From: Candidatus Latescibacterota bacterium
Lineage (GTDB): Bacteria; Latescibacterota; UBA2968; UBA8231
NCBI GenBank assembly: GCA_963422735.1
Contig: OY730476.1
Span: 3,936,001 to 4,000,000 of the forward strand
Length of the DNA: 64,000 nt
Direction: 5' to 3'
The notes under the pieces are model-generated. The model saw nothing but the letters and a program-made list of their open reading frames with translations. It was not told the origin of the DNA and did not search any database. Below, piece after piece: positions 20,979 to 31,197 of the stretch. How positions within the stretch are numbered: position 1 is the stretch's first letter; every line of letters begins with the position of its first letter. The translations under genes and the position numbers were made by a program.

Positions 20979-21310
20979 CGTCTTTGTGAACTACCTGCCC
21001 TGCGAGTGAGGATGACATGCTTGAGACACCCTTCGGGAGTAGGTCGATGCAAGCGAATAGAAACTTGGCCAACATGCTGCACATACAGGCACTTGTCTTG
21101 CAGCTTGCACCCGTCGCCATGTCGGTATTCGAGAGACCGAAAGCGATTGGCCCCCTTGAATCGCGGGAAGCCCGGGGTGTCTCCGGCTCTCAGACGACGA
21201 AAAAAGGCTCGGAATGCCTTATCCAAGCGACGGAGTATTTGCTGCATACTAGTTGCATTGAGCAGGCCAAAATCCTCAAGATGCAGACGATATTGGCGAG
21301 TGCGCTGCAT
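20979..21310 (-). mobile_element. tnpB: IS200/IS605 TnpB remnant (internally deleted, RuvC domain missing)
   Basis: 'MQRTRQYRLH' joined directly to 'LNATSMQQILRRLDKAFRAFFRR...PGFPRFKG'. Confidence 0.8.
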
Positions 21311-21444
21311 GTCTTACACGCCCTTTTGTTCAGTAATATACCGCTCAATCGTTTTTGTCTATACACGACCTATACTAGCGACAAAATAACTGCGGGACCA
21401 CGAGGTAGAAAGACGGTCAAGACGGCAGTGCCCCGCTGAGTACT

Positions 21445-22422
21445 ATGGCTACCCGAGCACAGCAAATACGCCTGGGCATCTTCTTCTTGGTTTCTCTCGC
21501 CGTTCTCGCGCTCTTCTTCATCGTCGTCGCTGGCAGCCATATCCTGCGCCAGCGCGATACCTATTACATCGAGTCCAACTCGCCCGTCAGCGGCCTCAAC
21601 AAAGGCGCGGACGTCAAGTACTTGGGCTTTAGCATTGGCCGAGTCGAGGGCATCGCAATCGCACAGGATCATCTCTCTACGGTAGTAGTCGAGATTTCGG
21701 TTGAGAGGCGGCTGGCCGAAAACGCCATCCGCACCGACGCGCAAGCGCGAATGGCCTCGCTGGGGATCACCGGCCTGAAGTTCATTGAGCTTTTTGGGGG
21801 CAGCGACGACGCCCCGCCCCTCCCTCCGGGGTCCACAATTGTCGCGGACGAGACCTTTTTTAGCAGCATGCAAGAGCGCGCCGAAGTGCTCAGTGCCAAG
21901 GTTGAACAGACCATCGACAACCTAAACGCGCTGCTCAGCAGCGAAAACCAGCGCGTCTTCACCGAGTTGCTGAGCAACGCGGGCAACCTGCTGGCGACGG
22001 CCAACGCGCTGGTTGAGGACAACCGCTCTGCATTCGACGAGGCGGCGGCCAATATGGTCGCCACCAGTCGCTCGCTCGCCAAAACCAGCGCGACGTTGGC
22101 GGCGACGGCCGATTCCCTGCACATCTTGCTCGTGGGCGAGAAGCTGCAACAGACGGTTGACGATCTGCAAGTGACGATGCACAAGTTGCGCCAGCAAATG
22201 GACGGTCCGGTTCCCCTGCTCGTCGCACGGATGGACACCGTGATAAGCCATATCGACCAGACCTTTGTGGGCATCGACCAGACCGTAGGGGCTAGCCGAC
22301 AGAATCTCTTGCGCGCCATGCAGGAACTGGAGGAAACTTTGCAGAATATCCGCGAAACCACCGAACTAATCCGCGAGAACCCCGCGGTGCTCATCCGAGG
22401 TCGCAGTGGTGCGACCCAATAA
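21445..22422 (+). CDS. mlaD: MCE/MlaD-family protein with long helical C-terminus
   Basis: N-terminal TM, 'VSGLNKGADVKYLGFSIGRV', 'GITGLKFIEL'. Confidence 0.9.
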   Translation: MATRAQQIRLGIFFLVSLAVLALFFIVVAGSHILRQRDTYYIESNSPVSGLNKGADVKYLGFSIGRVEGIAIAQDHLSTVVVEISVERRLAENAIRTDAQARMASLGITGLKFIELFGGSDDAPPLPPGSTIVADETFFSSMQERAEVLSAKVEQTIDNLNALLSSENQRVFTELLSNAGNLLATANALVEDNRSAFDEAAANMVATSRSLAKTSATLAATADSLHILLVGEKLQQTVDDLQVTMHKLRQQMDGPVPLLVARMDTVISHIDQTFVGIDQTVGASRQNLLRAMQELEETLQNIRETTELIRENPAVLIRGRSGATQ

Positions 22423-23164
22423 CCGAGTGCGCCGCTGCGGTCAGGTCCTCGTCTTGGTCATAGCGCTAGCCGGCTGCGCCCAGTTGCTAGGCGGCGAAAC
22501 CAAGCTGCCGCAACGGCGCTATTTCAAGTTGCCTATCGAACCCTTGCGCGGTAGTGTGGAAGATTCCGAGCGCCCGTACCCTTTCCAAGTGCAGGTCAAG
22601 GGCTTTGAGGTGCCCCGAGCGTATGACCGCACCCACATCATCCGCCGCCGCGACCAGTACGAGCTGCAGCGCGACAACCTCCACCACTGGATGGAGCGGC
22701 CCGGCGACATGATCACCGACGCGGTCAAGCAGTACTTGCGCCAAGCCGACCTCTTTACCTATATCGGCGGGGATCGCGATTTTTTCGAGCACCGTCCGGA
22801 TTACGTGTTCAGCGGCTCGATCAAAGCCATTGAGCGCTTCGACAGCGGCGATCTGTGGGCGGCCCATCTCGTTATGACGATGAAACTAGTGAGGCAAGCC
22901 GATGGCAAGGTTATATGGCAGGACGATTTCGACGAGGAGAAACAGGTTTTCTCCCCGGCCGTGAAATACACGGTGGCCGCGTTGAGCGGGATTTTGGGCC
23001 AGCGGATGAAAAAGGCGATCGGAGAGATCGACTTCAAGTTCAGCAACAAGCAGCGGCCCGCGCCCATCGCGTCCGACGCGGAAGCTGCACCAGCGGCCCG
23101 AGATACAGTGCTGCAGACCGAAGCCGATCACTACGAGCTCATACCGGGGAAGCTGGTCCCCTAG
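22406..23164 (+). CDS. PqiC-like ABC auxiliary lipoprotein
   Basis: Lipobox 'LAGC'; 'HWMERPGDMI', 'GSIKAIER'; follows mlaD. Confidence 0.75.
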   Translation: MVRPNNRVRRCGQVLVLVIALAGCAQLLGGETKLPQRRYFKLPIEPLRGSVEDSERPYPFQVQVKGFEVPRAYDRTHIIRRRDQYELQRDNLHHWMERPGDMITDAVKQYLRQADLFTYIGGDRDFFEHRPDYVFSGSIKAIERFDSGDLWAAHLVMTMKLVRQADGKVIWQDDFDEEKQVFSPAVKYTVAALSGILGQRMKKAIGEIDFKFSNKQRPAPIASDAEAAPAARDTVLQTEADHYELIPGKLVP

Positions 23165-23172
23165 GACTTGGC

Positions 23173-24675
23173 ATGTACAAGCTGCTCTATATCCTGATCG
23201 CCCTACCGTTGCTCGCCGGCCCCGCTGCGGGCAACAGCTATACTTGGGTCGCCCCACCTGGGCGCGGCCAACTCGAACAGGATCCAACCCTGATTCCCAA
23301 GGGCAAGGGCTTTCTCTTCGTGCCGACGATGACCGGCTCCCTCAACGAGCCCAGTTTCCTCGTCTTACAGGGCAACAGACCTATCCGCGAAGCCTCCCCC
23401 GGCACCGGCGTGTTGCTCTCGCCCGGCAACTACAAATTGCTGGTCGGCTCGGGCGCGGACATCCAGATGATGAGCCGCACCGTGCCAATCCAAGAGGGCA
23501 TGACGACCTTGATAAAGCCCTTCTGGGCCGGACTAGTCATCAACGTCATATCCGAGAACCGCGCATCGATCAACGAATCCTATGAACTGTACCGGGAGTC
23601 CTCTCAGGAAAACTACGGCCTCGGCTTCGGCCTCGAGGAGGAGCGAGGCGAGGCGGTCAAAACTTGGCTTCTGCCCCCAGGCGTTTACTCGGTAGTGCAA
23701 GTCGGCGACAATGTATCAACCACCCGCAAGTTCAGCGTCCGTTTAGAGCCGGGCGAGTTGGTCCAGCGCAATCTAGTAGTGGACACCAGCGACGATACCT
23801 TCATCGGCTTCTACCCCCCGACTCAACAGGGTTTTCTCACCCAAGTAGCTGACTCGCGCTGGAAGACCTCCTTGCAGCTAAGCGGCTCACCCCGGCTGTC
23901 CACCTCGCAGAATACCACCGGCGCAGATCGCTCGGTCCTCTTGCTCTCCGCTGAGGTCATCGGCAGCAGCGTCTATAACACGGACCGCCACTACGCCAAT
24001 CTGCGGTTGGACTTTGAAGAGGGCTTCACCCGCGAGGAGGGCGACGACTTCCGCAAGTTCATCGACAAGTTCGAGGTCCGCGCTACGTATATCTATCGGC
24101 TTTCCAAGCGGATCGGCCCCTATTTGCGCGGGGTGTTCAACACCAAGCTATTCGCCACTGAGGACCGCTTCGACCAGCCGCGCAATCTTCTGATCCGCGA
24201 TGGCGAGATCGAGGGCATGATGGGCATTAGCGAATTTATCCTCTCTCCGCCCTTCAGCCCCCTTGAACTGCGCCAAGGCATTGGCATCAACTCCCAGGTC
24301 ATCAGCAGCTTTCCCCTGAACCTCGACATGCGCGTTGGTTTTGGGGCACGTCAAAGCTATGTTACCGATACCTATGACCTAAACTCCTCCCGCACCATCG
24401 CCGACAAGTTGCAGGACAAGACCGCCACCGGCTTGGAGGCCGTGCTGCTCCTCCGGTCGCGTTTCTCGCGCTTCCCCAGCTTGGATTCGGAGTTTGACAT
24501 CCTAATCCCGGAGACGGCCACCGACACTTGGGAGTTCACTTGGGAAAACCGCTTGCGCTTGCCGCTTAGTCGCTTCATCAACATGGTCGTCGTCTTCGAT
24601 TTCGAGCGCAAGCTGCCGGTCCAGCGGCTGCAATCTATGCAACAGGTCCTGCTGCGCCTCAACTATTTGCTATGA
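23173..24675 (+). CDS. Exported protein, probable C-terminal outer-membrane beta-barrel
   Basis: Signal peptide 'MYKLLYILIALPLLAGPAAG'; amphipathic strands; ends 'LLRLNYLL'; ATGA overlap with mlaE. Confidence 0.6.
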   Translation: MYKLLYILIALPLLAGPAAGNSYTWVAPPGRGQLEQDPTLIPKGKGFLFVPTMTGSLNEPSFLVLQGNRPIREASPGTGVLLSPGNYKLLVGSGADIQMMSRTVPIQEGMTTLIKPFWAGLVINVISENRASINESYELYRESSQENYGLGFGLEEERGEAVKTWLLPPGVYSVVQVGDNVSTTRKFSVRLEPGELVQRNLVVDTSDDTFIGFYPPTQQGFLTQVADSRWKTSLQLSGSPRLSTSQNTTGADRSVLLLSAEVIGSSVYNTDRHYANLRLDFEEGFTREEGDDFRKFIDKFEVRATYIYRLSKRIGPYLRGVFNTKLFATEDRFDQPRNLLIRDGEIEGMMGISEFILSPPFSPLELRQGIGINSQVISSFPLNLDMRVGFGARQSYVTDTYDLNSSRTIADKLQDKTATGLEAVLLLRSRFSRFPSLDSEFDILIPETATDTWEFTWENRLRLPLSRFINMVVVFDFERKLPVQRLQSMQQVLLRLNYLL

Positions 24676-25763
24676 CGTGGGTGCAGAGCGACGGCTTGGG
24701 GATCGCGCTCGGTGGCGCGCTTTCGCTACGCACCATCGGTGCCCTCGCTCCCCAGGCCCGCGCACTCATCGCCGAGCATCCGCGTTCCGCGCTCCGCGCC
24801 GACTTGCGCCAAGTCGAACACCTCGACATCGCAGGGGCCGTTTTCCTGCGCGGATTATCCGACCTCGCCCTCTCCTTGGACAAGGAACTCCGCCTCGCCG
24901 AGCTGCCGGCCCATTTGCAGCCTGTCTTCGACTTTGCCACGCCCGCGCCGCCCGCGCCGCCCGCGCTGCGCCTCGCCGCCCTTGAACGCCTCGGCGCTTG
25001 GGTGCGTGCTCAAGGCGTCTGCGCTGCCGATTTTCTCTATCTGATGGCCGACCTGAGCGTTTTCTCGGTCCTATCCCTATTCCGCCGCGATCAGATTCGC
25101 CGGGGCAGTTTTGGCGAGCAAGCGTACGCGATTGGTGCGCAGGCCCTGCAGATCGTCGGGTTGATTCTCTTTCTCGTCGGCGCGGTTTCGGCTCTCCAGT
25201 CGGCAGCTCAACTCCGCCAGTTCGGGGCCGATATTTTCGTCGCCAACCTGCTGGGGATTGGCCTGACCCGCGAGTTGGGGCCGCTGATGACCGCGATCAT
25301 GGTATCTGGCCGCTCTGGGTCGGCCATTGCCGCCGAGATCGCCACCATGAAGTTCACCGAGGAGTTGGACGCCCTGCAGACTATGGGAATCGACCCGCTG
25401 CGCTTTGTGGTCGTGCCCAAGCTGTGGGCCATGATCGTCTGCATGCCGCTTTTGACGATCATGGCCAACTTCGTTGGCATCCTCGGAGGCACCTTCATCG
25501 GCTTGGTGTCGCTGGACATCCCGGCTACTGTGTTTCTCAACCAGGTCTTCTCGTCGCTCTTTCTCAAGGACTTGCTCACCGGGCTGGTCAAAAGCGCGTC
25601 CTTTGCGTGGCTTATCGCGATCATCTCGGTTCATCACGGCCTCAATTTCAGCGGCGGAGCCGAGGGTGTCGGCCGGGCGACGACCTCGGCGGTCGTGTCT
25701 TCGCTGTTTGGCATCATTGTCCTCGACGCCTTCTGGGGTATTGTCTTCTACCTCAAATGGTGA
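24672..25763 (+). CDS. mlaE: MlaE permease with N-terminal STAS domain
   Basis: 'VEHLDIAG' STAS; 'RELGPLMTAIMVSGRSGSAIAAEIATMK'. Confidence 0.92.
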   Translation: MTWVQSDGLGIALGGALSLRTIGALAPQARALIAEHPRSALRADLRQVEHLDIAGAVFLRGLSDLALSLDKELRLAELPAHLQPVFDFATPAPPAPPALRLAALERLGAWVRAQGVCAADFLYLMADLSVFSVLSLFRRDQIRRGSFGEQAYAIGAQALQIVGLILFLVGAVSALQSAAQLRQFGADIFVANLLGIGLTRELGPLMTAIMVSGRSGSAIAAEIATMKFTEELDALQTMGIDPLRFVVVPKLWAMIVCMPLLTIMANFVGILGGTFIGLVSLDIPATVFLNQVFSSLFLKDLLTGLVKSASFAWLIAIISVHHGLNFSGGAEGVGRATTSAVVSSLFGIIVLDAFWGIVFYLKW

Positions 25764-26503
25764 CTCGCGCCATCGACATCCAAAACCTCTGCGTGTCCTA
25801 CGGCGAGACGGCCGTCCTAAGCGGGATTGACGCGTACATAGAAGAAGGGGAAATCGCCGTTGTGCTCGGCGGCAGCGGCTGCGGCAAGAGTACCTTGCTC
25901 AAGGCGATCATCGGCTTGGTGCAACCCGCCTCAGGCCGCGTCGAAATCCTCGGTCAAGACGCGACGGCCCTCGACGACGAGGAGCTGGCGGCCCTGCGCA
26001 AGCGGCTGGGTGTCATGTTTCAATACGGTGCTTTGCTCAACTCGTTGACGATTGAGCAAAACGTCGCCCTGCCCTTGGAAATGCACACGGACCTAGAGCC
26101 GGCCCTGATTGGGGAGATCGTGCGCACCCGCCTCGCCTTGGTGGGCTTAGGGCACGCCTGCGACCGCTACCCCAGCGAGCTATCGGGCGGGATGCGCAAA
26201 CGCGCCGCCCTCGCGCGGGCCATGGTCATGGACCCAGAGATTCTCTTCTGCGACGAGCCGGGCGCGGGCCTCGACCCGGTCACCGCCGCCGAGATCGACG
26301 CGCTCCTCCTCGCGCTCAACCGCGAATTGGGCATCACCATCGCTATTATTACCCACGAGTTACTTAGCATCGAGCGGCTCGACGGTCGCCTCATCATGCT
26401 CGACCAAGGCCGCGTGGCATTTACCGGCACGGTCGCCGGGGCCAAGCGAGCGCAGCACCCGGTGGTCCGCTCTTTCTTTTACCCGTCCGATTCGTCCGCA
26501 TGA
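25757..26503 (+). CDS. mlaF: MlaF-type ABC ATP-binding protein
   Basis: 'GGSGCGKST', 'LSGGMRKR', 'CDEP'. Confidence 0.92.
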   Translation: MVTRAIDIQNLCVSYGETAVLSGIDAYIEEGEIAVVLGGSGCGKSTLLKAIIGLVQPASGRVEILGQDATALDDEELAALRKRLGVMFQYGALLNSLTIEQNVALPLEMHTDLEPALIGEIVRTRLALVGLGHACDRYPSELSGGMRKRAALARAMVMDPEILFCDEPGAGLDPVTAAEIDALLLALNRELGITIAIITHELLSIERLDGRLIMLDQGRVAFTGTVAGAKRAQHPVVRSFFYPSDSSA

Positions 26504-26976
26504 AAACCATCCTCATCGCCGCCCTGAGCGAGAACAGGGTCATTGGCCGCGCCAACGCCATCCCGTGGCACTACCCGGCCGACATGAAGCACTTCGTCCG
26601 CGTCACTCGGGAGCACGCGGTCGTGGCCGGTCGCAAAACCTACGAGACCTTTCAGACGCGCCCCTTGCCCCGGCGCCTCAACTTCGTCCTCACCCGCAAT
26701 TCAGACTACGCGGTCGCAGAGGGCGCGGTTGTCTGCACGAGCTTGGCCGAGGTGTTGCAGCGTGCCCGCGCCCACGGCAGCGAAAAACTCTTCGTGCTCG
26801 GAGGGGCCCAAGTCTATGTGCAGGCCCTGCCCTTGGCCGACGAAATGATCCTGACGCACTTGCCCATCCAAGTCGAGGGCGACGCGTTCTTTCCGAGGTG
26901 GGACGAAGGCGAGTGGGAGGTGGTAGAAAGGCGCTGCACAGGCGAGTTGGTTTTTGCCACCTATCGCCGCCGTTGA
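26500..26976 (+). CDS. folA: Dihydrofolate reductase
   Basis: 'VIGRANAIPWHYPADMKHF', 'GRKTYE', 'PLPRR', 'GGAQVY'. Confidence 0.93.
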   Translation: MKTILIAALSENRVIGRANAIPWHYPADMKHFVRVTREHAVVAGRKTYETFQTRPLPRRLNFVLTRNSDYAVAEGAVVCTSLAEVLQRARAHGSEKLFVLGGAQVYVQALPLADEMILTHLPIQVEGDAFFPRWDEGEWEVVERRCTGELVFATYRRR

Positions 26977-27047
26977 GGAGGCCTACCCGCATTGATCGAT
27001 AGCTAACCAAAAGAGGACATAAAACCATGAGTAAGAGAAGGCAGATC

Positions 27048-28232
27048 ATGTTTCAACAGTTAGAAATGGCGCCGGCGGACCCCATCTTGGGGCTGAGCGC
27101 GGCGTTCAAGAGCGACGCGAATCCAAACAAAATCAACCTCAGCGTTGGCGTCTATCGGGATGCGAGCGGCCAGACGCCGGTTTTGGCTTCAGTGCAAACG
27201 GCGCAAGAGCGCGTCTTGGCTGCGGAAAAGACCAAGAGCTATTTGAGCATTGAGGGCAGCCCGGAATACGGCACTGCCGTGCGGGAGCTAATTTTGGGCG
27301 TTGGGCACGAAGCGGCCAAACGCGCCATCACCGTGCAAAGCCCCGGCGGCACTGGAGCCTTGCGCCTAGCGGGCGATTTCCTCGCCCAGCACCTAGGCAA
27401 CCGGTCCGTGTGGATAAGCGACCCGACTTGGGCCAATCATCCCAAGGTCTTTGCCGCAGCCGGCCTACAAGTCGAGACCTATTCCTATTTTGACGCCCGT
27501 GCCAACAGCCTCGATGCCGACGCCTTACTCGCCGCGCTCGGGCAAATTCCCTCTGGCCACGTGGTGCTGTTGCACGGCTGTTGCCACAACCCCACCGGCT
27601 GCGACCCCACCCCGGACACTTGGCGGCAGATCGCTGAGGTCGTTGCCGAGCGCGGCCTGTTGCCCTTAGTCGATTTTGCCTATCAGGGATTCGGCGATGG
27701 GTTGTGCGAGGACGCGGCTGGCCTGCTGGCACTCTGCGACGCGGGCTGCGAGCTACTCGTGGCTAGCTCCTTTTCCAAAAACTTCAGCCTGTACAACGAG
27801 CGCGTCGGTGCCCTGACTTTGATCGCCGCGGACGCCGAGGCCGCGCTCAGGGCCTTGAGCCATCTCAAAATCGCAGCGCGCACCAGCTACTCCAATCCCC
27901 CGGCCCACGGCGCGGCCATTGTCAGTGAAATCCTCGGCGACTCGGTGCTTTGCCGCCAATGGGAAGGCGAATTGGCCCAGATGCGCGAGCGAATCAACCG
28001 CGTGCGCCAACGGCTCGTCGCTCGGCTCAGCGAGCAGGGCGTAGGGCGCGACTTTTCGTTTATTGAGCGGCAGCGAGGGATGTTCTCTTTCTCGGGCTTG
28101 AACGCCGAGCAGGTCGAGGTGCTGCGGGAACAGTACGCGATCTACATCGTAGCGGGAGGGCGCATCAACGTCGCCGGCCTGACCGAAGACAACCTCGATT
28201 ACTTCTGCGCCTCGGTGGCCGCCGTCCTGTGA
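27048..28232 (+). CDS. aspC: Aspartate/aromatic amino acid aminotransferase (AspC/TyrB type)
   Basis: 'PADPILGL', 'GGTGAL', 'HNPTG', 'DFAYQG', 'SFSKNFSLYNERVG'. Confidence 0.92.
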   Translation: MFQQLEMAPADPILGLSAAFKSDANPNKINLSVGVYRDASGQTPVLASVQTAQERVLAAEKTKSYLSIEGSPEYGTAVRELILGVGHEAAKRAITVQSPGGTGALRLAGDFLAQHLGNRSVWISDPTWANHPKVFAAAGLQVETYSYFDARANSLDADALLAALGQIPSGHVVLLHGCCHNPTGCDPTPDTWRQIAEVVAERGLLPLVDFAYQGFGDGLCEDAAGLLALCDAGCELLVASSFSKNFSLYNERVGALTLIAADAEAALRALSHLKIAARTSYSNPPAHGAAIVSEILGDSVLCRQWEGELAQMRERINRVRQRLVARLSEQGVGRDFSFIERQRGMFSFSGLNAEQVEVLREQYAIYIVAGGRINVAGLTEDNLDYFCASVAAVL

Positions 28233-28233
28233 G

Positions 28234-29298
28234 CTATTGCACCGAAAAGCTCACAGCGCGCACCAGCACCGGGGTGCCGGTGAGGATTTCCGCTTGGCTC
28301 GACAAGGTGTTGCCGTCGTCGTACACAAAGGTCTCTGGCCGGCCTAGGTAAATATCCTCGTTGCCGCGCAAAATCTCGAGGGGTTCGAGGTGCTGGAGAA
28401 AGTCGATCAGTGCCTGATCGAGCATTTCTAGCCCGGTGAAGCGGTCGATTTGCCCCTCTTGGACAAGCGTGGCGAATTGCTCGTAGAACGGCTCGGCGTT
28501 TTCGGCCAGTAGCCGTGGGCCAGCGAGGAAGTACAGGGTATAGACTTGATCGATCTCGTTGAAGGTGATCCAATTGTTCTCGCCTGGGCCATATTGGACG
28601 ATGTCCGAATAGACGAATTGTTCGTCAAATAAGGTCTCTAACGCGCCGGCGGAGCTGCATAAAAAGGCGTGGACCTCGACGTCTCGGCTCAGTTTGAAGC
28701 GCAGTTGCAGTTGGTCGCCTTGCTGCAATTGTACGCCCTCTGCCAGTTCGACAGTTTGGGCGACGCCTCCTTCTTCGCGTTTGGCAATCAGGTGCAATTC
28801 TACTTCAACTGGCCCATCGCTCGCGTCGGTTCCACGCTGGCGCAAGGCGACCTCATGGCGCACGTCCCGCTCCAAGATGCGGGCGGTGCGGGCCGCCACT
28901 AGTTCGCCGCTGGCCCGCTCGACTAAAAACATCCGCACGTACATCCACGGGGCGTCCGCTTCGAGCCGTCCGCCCAATGCGAGCGCGGCGCGCCCTCCTT
29001 GCTTTAGGCCCACTAATTCCTCGTTGCGCCACCGCTTCCCGGTCGTGTCCGCCAGCCCCACCGCGACCTCGGCCCCCATTAGCGCGGATAGCAAGTAGTC
29101 GTCGAGTACCTTGGTCGCCTCGGTCTGTACGCCGGCGGGGTCGCGCAATCCCAGCCAGTCAACCTCGCCCTCCCGGCCCTCGACGATCGCCGCTAGGTTT
29201 TGGGCCGTAGTCGCTAGCTGACGGCTTTGCTTCTGCCCGCCGACAAAGGGTACACAGCCGCTAAGAGAGAGTATGAGTACAATCACCAGCGCAGCCAT
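28234..29298 (-). CDS. Lipoprotein, possible DUF4384 domain
   Basis: Lipobox 'LSGC'; 'LQQGDQLQLRFKLSRDVEVHAF'. Confidence 0.55.
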   Translation of the reverse strand: MAALVIVLILSLSGCVPFVGGQKQSRQLATTAQNLAAIVEGREGEVDWLGLRDPAGVQTEATKVLDDYLLSALMGAEVAVGLADTTGKRWRNEELVGLKQGGRAALALGGRLEADAPWMYVRMFLVERASGELVAARTARILERDVRHEVALRQRGTDASDGPVEVELHLIAKREEGGVAQTVELAEGVQLQQGDQLQLRFKLSRDVEVHAFLCSSAGALETLFDEQFVYSDIVQYGPGENNWITFNEIDQVYTLYFLAGPRLLAENAEPFYEQFATLVQEGQIDRFTGLEMLDQALIDFLQHLEPLEILRGNEDIYLGRPETFVYDDGNTLSSQAEILTGTPVLVRAVSFSVQ

Positions 29299-29299
29299 G

Positions 29300-31009
29300 T
29301 CACTTCTCCAGCCGCCGCAAAACGGGCAACAGCATATCCTCGGCCACGCGCTCCCAACTCATCTTCCGAGCCGCCGCATAGCCTTCGGCAAGCAGCCTGT
29401 TGCGGCCGGTCGCGCCCGCGGCCAACTGACTGGCCAAAGCGCTGGCTACCACCCGGCTTTGCAATGCTTCGACCTGTGTGCGTTCCCGCAAGCCAATCGG
29501 TTGGTCGGCGCGGCCCACCTCGTCGAGTTGGGTATAGGCTCCCTCGATAAAGCCGTCCAGCCCCGCCTCTCCGGCTGCTTGGCGCACAAAGCCGCGGCAG
29601 CCGCACACATCGCTGATCACGCTGATGGTGCCAGAGCTTAAGCACTCGACTTGGGAAATGCCGAAAGGCTCGTAAATTGACTGTCCGAACTCCACGTCGC
29701 TGCCTCGGCGCAAATCGGCAAACTCCGCATTGGCCGGCAGGAAAGTGCCACAGCTTTGTTGGTCCCAACCGAATTGGTTGACAAAAAGTGCCTTGACGGC
29801 ACGTGTGCGCGCATTAAAGGCGCGGACTAAAAGGTCGAATTTTAGCTCGCCGCTGCTGAGATCGCTCCCCCCCTCGCGGTGGACCAGCGGCCAACCGTAA
29901 GCGACCATCTGCTGGACATCCTCGGGATCGCGGCGGCCGGTCTCGGTTGTCAACGCGATAAACAGCACCTGTTGCCCTCGCTTCCACAGGTGGCGATCGA
30001 GGTGTTCGAGCACCAGCAAATCGCGCCACAATCCCTTGCTCTCGACTAGGCGAGCGACGTGCGTGAAGATCAGATCTGGGGTCCAACCCAAGAGCGCGGA
30101 CCCGCTGGCCTGCATTTTTTTTCGCGCCGCCTCCCGATCGGCCGCGGACAACTCAGCGGCCGGCACCCCATTATACACGAGGTCAATGGGACGAGCGGCG
30201 AATTCCGGCCCGAGAAAGCGCAACTCCTCCACCACCCAATCGCCGACGGCGAGGACTGCGTCGAGACGATAGGCTTGGCTGACGAGGGCGTGTTTGAAAT
30301 AGCCGTCTTGAGGACCGAATAGCTCGTCGATGTACTGGCCATTTGCTCGCGCTTGGCGCAGCGCATTGTAAAAGGCAATGTCGCGCCCGGGCCGCTCCTC
30401 CACTAAGGGCCGCACGGTGGCCACTTCGTGCGCGTAGAACAGGGTCTTACACGCCGCATCGCTCATCAGGGCCTTGAAGGCGGTACCTAGCCCCATGAAC
30501 TCATGCGCCAACAGCAAGAAGGGCGCGTCCCCAACCAGTGAGCGCACGGCCGCGAAACCCGGCTCGGCTAAGCGCATGTATTGCTCGTATTCCCAGTCCT
30601 GTTCGTAGCGGTGTGATTCGAGGCCAAAGTGGAGGAATAGATCGCGTTTGAATTCGTTCAGCCGCTGAGGTGGGTGGCTCACATCCACCAGCAGCACCTC
30701 TGGCGAGGCTCGGTGCCCGTCTTGGGTCAGCAAGCGTCGGCCATAGACCAATCGCACGCCAAATTCCCGCTCGACTGAGCTGAGTCGGTTGGCGACGTTG
30801 GCGGCGCGGATGCTGCGGCTGGCGTCGTAGAGGATCTCGCCGTCTGGGCCGAGTGGTTGGGCACTGTTTGGATCGACTAGGGGGCCGAGCAGGATGGTGC
30901 GTTGGCAATGGCTCTGGTAGCTGCGGGCCGTGATCAGGCCGCGCAGGACCGTGCCAATGCCACCGGCTTGCTGCACGGCTTCGTGCGTGACGTGGACGAG
31001 CGTGGCCAT
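29300..31009 (-). CDS. GT-B glycosyltransferase resembling GT3 glycogen synthase
   Basis: 'HEAVQQAGGIGTV', 'AHEFM', 'VYNG', 'SIYEPFGISQVE'. Confidence 0.7.
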   Translation of the reverse strand: MATLVHVTHEAVQQAGGIGTVLRGLITARSYQSHCQRTILLGPLVDPNSAQPLGPDGEILYDASRSIRAANVANRLSSVEREFGVRLVYGRRLLTQDGHRASPEVLLVDVSHPPQRLNEFKRDLFLHFGLESHRYEQDWEYEQYMRLAEPGFAAVRSLVGDAPFLLLAHEFMGLGTAFKALMSDAACKTLFYAHEVATVRPLVEERPGRDIAFYNALRQARANGQYIDELFGPQDGYFKHALVSQAYRLDAVLAVGDWVVEELRFLGPEFAARPIDLVYNGVPAAELSAADREAARKKMQASGSALLGWTPDLIFTHVARLVESKGLWRDLLVLEHLDRHLWKRGQQVLFIALTTETGRRDPEDVQQMVAYGWPLVHREGGSDLSSGELKFDLLVRAFNARTRAVKALFVNQFGWDQQSCGTFLPANAEFADLRRGSDVEFGQSIYEPFGISQVECLSSGTISVISDVCGCRGFVRQAAGEAGLDGFIEGAYTQLDEVGRADQPIGLRERTQVEALQSRVVASALASQLAAGATGRNRLLAEGYAAARKMSWERVAEDMLLPVLRRLEK

Positions 31010-31050
31010 TGTAGAGTTGGGTCAAAGAAGGAGAAAGTTAGTTCGGCGAT

Positions 31051-31197
31051 CTACTCCCTAGCCGCCGCGTCGTCTTGGTTATTCTTACGACTTCTCACTT
31101 GCTGCAAACCGTGGGTCGAAGATAATGCGCTCAAATCCCAGTATTGATCCCCCTCAGTGGAGGGCCGATTCGTGGAGTGCGTATATGTACAGTTCAT
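31051..31197 (-). other. 48-codon ORF with ATGA overlap to the TIR gene (small gene or truncated remnant)
   Basis: ATG 31197 overlaps the TIR stop; TAG at 31051-31053. Confidence 0.35.

Noticed and set aside
20979-21390. Active TnpB/omegaRNA system
   Set aside because: RuvC and the right end are missing. The short inverted repeat TTTTGTC/GACAAAA (21353-21386) is too weak to call an IS end.
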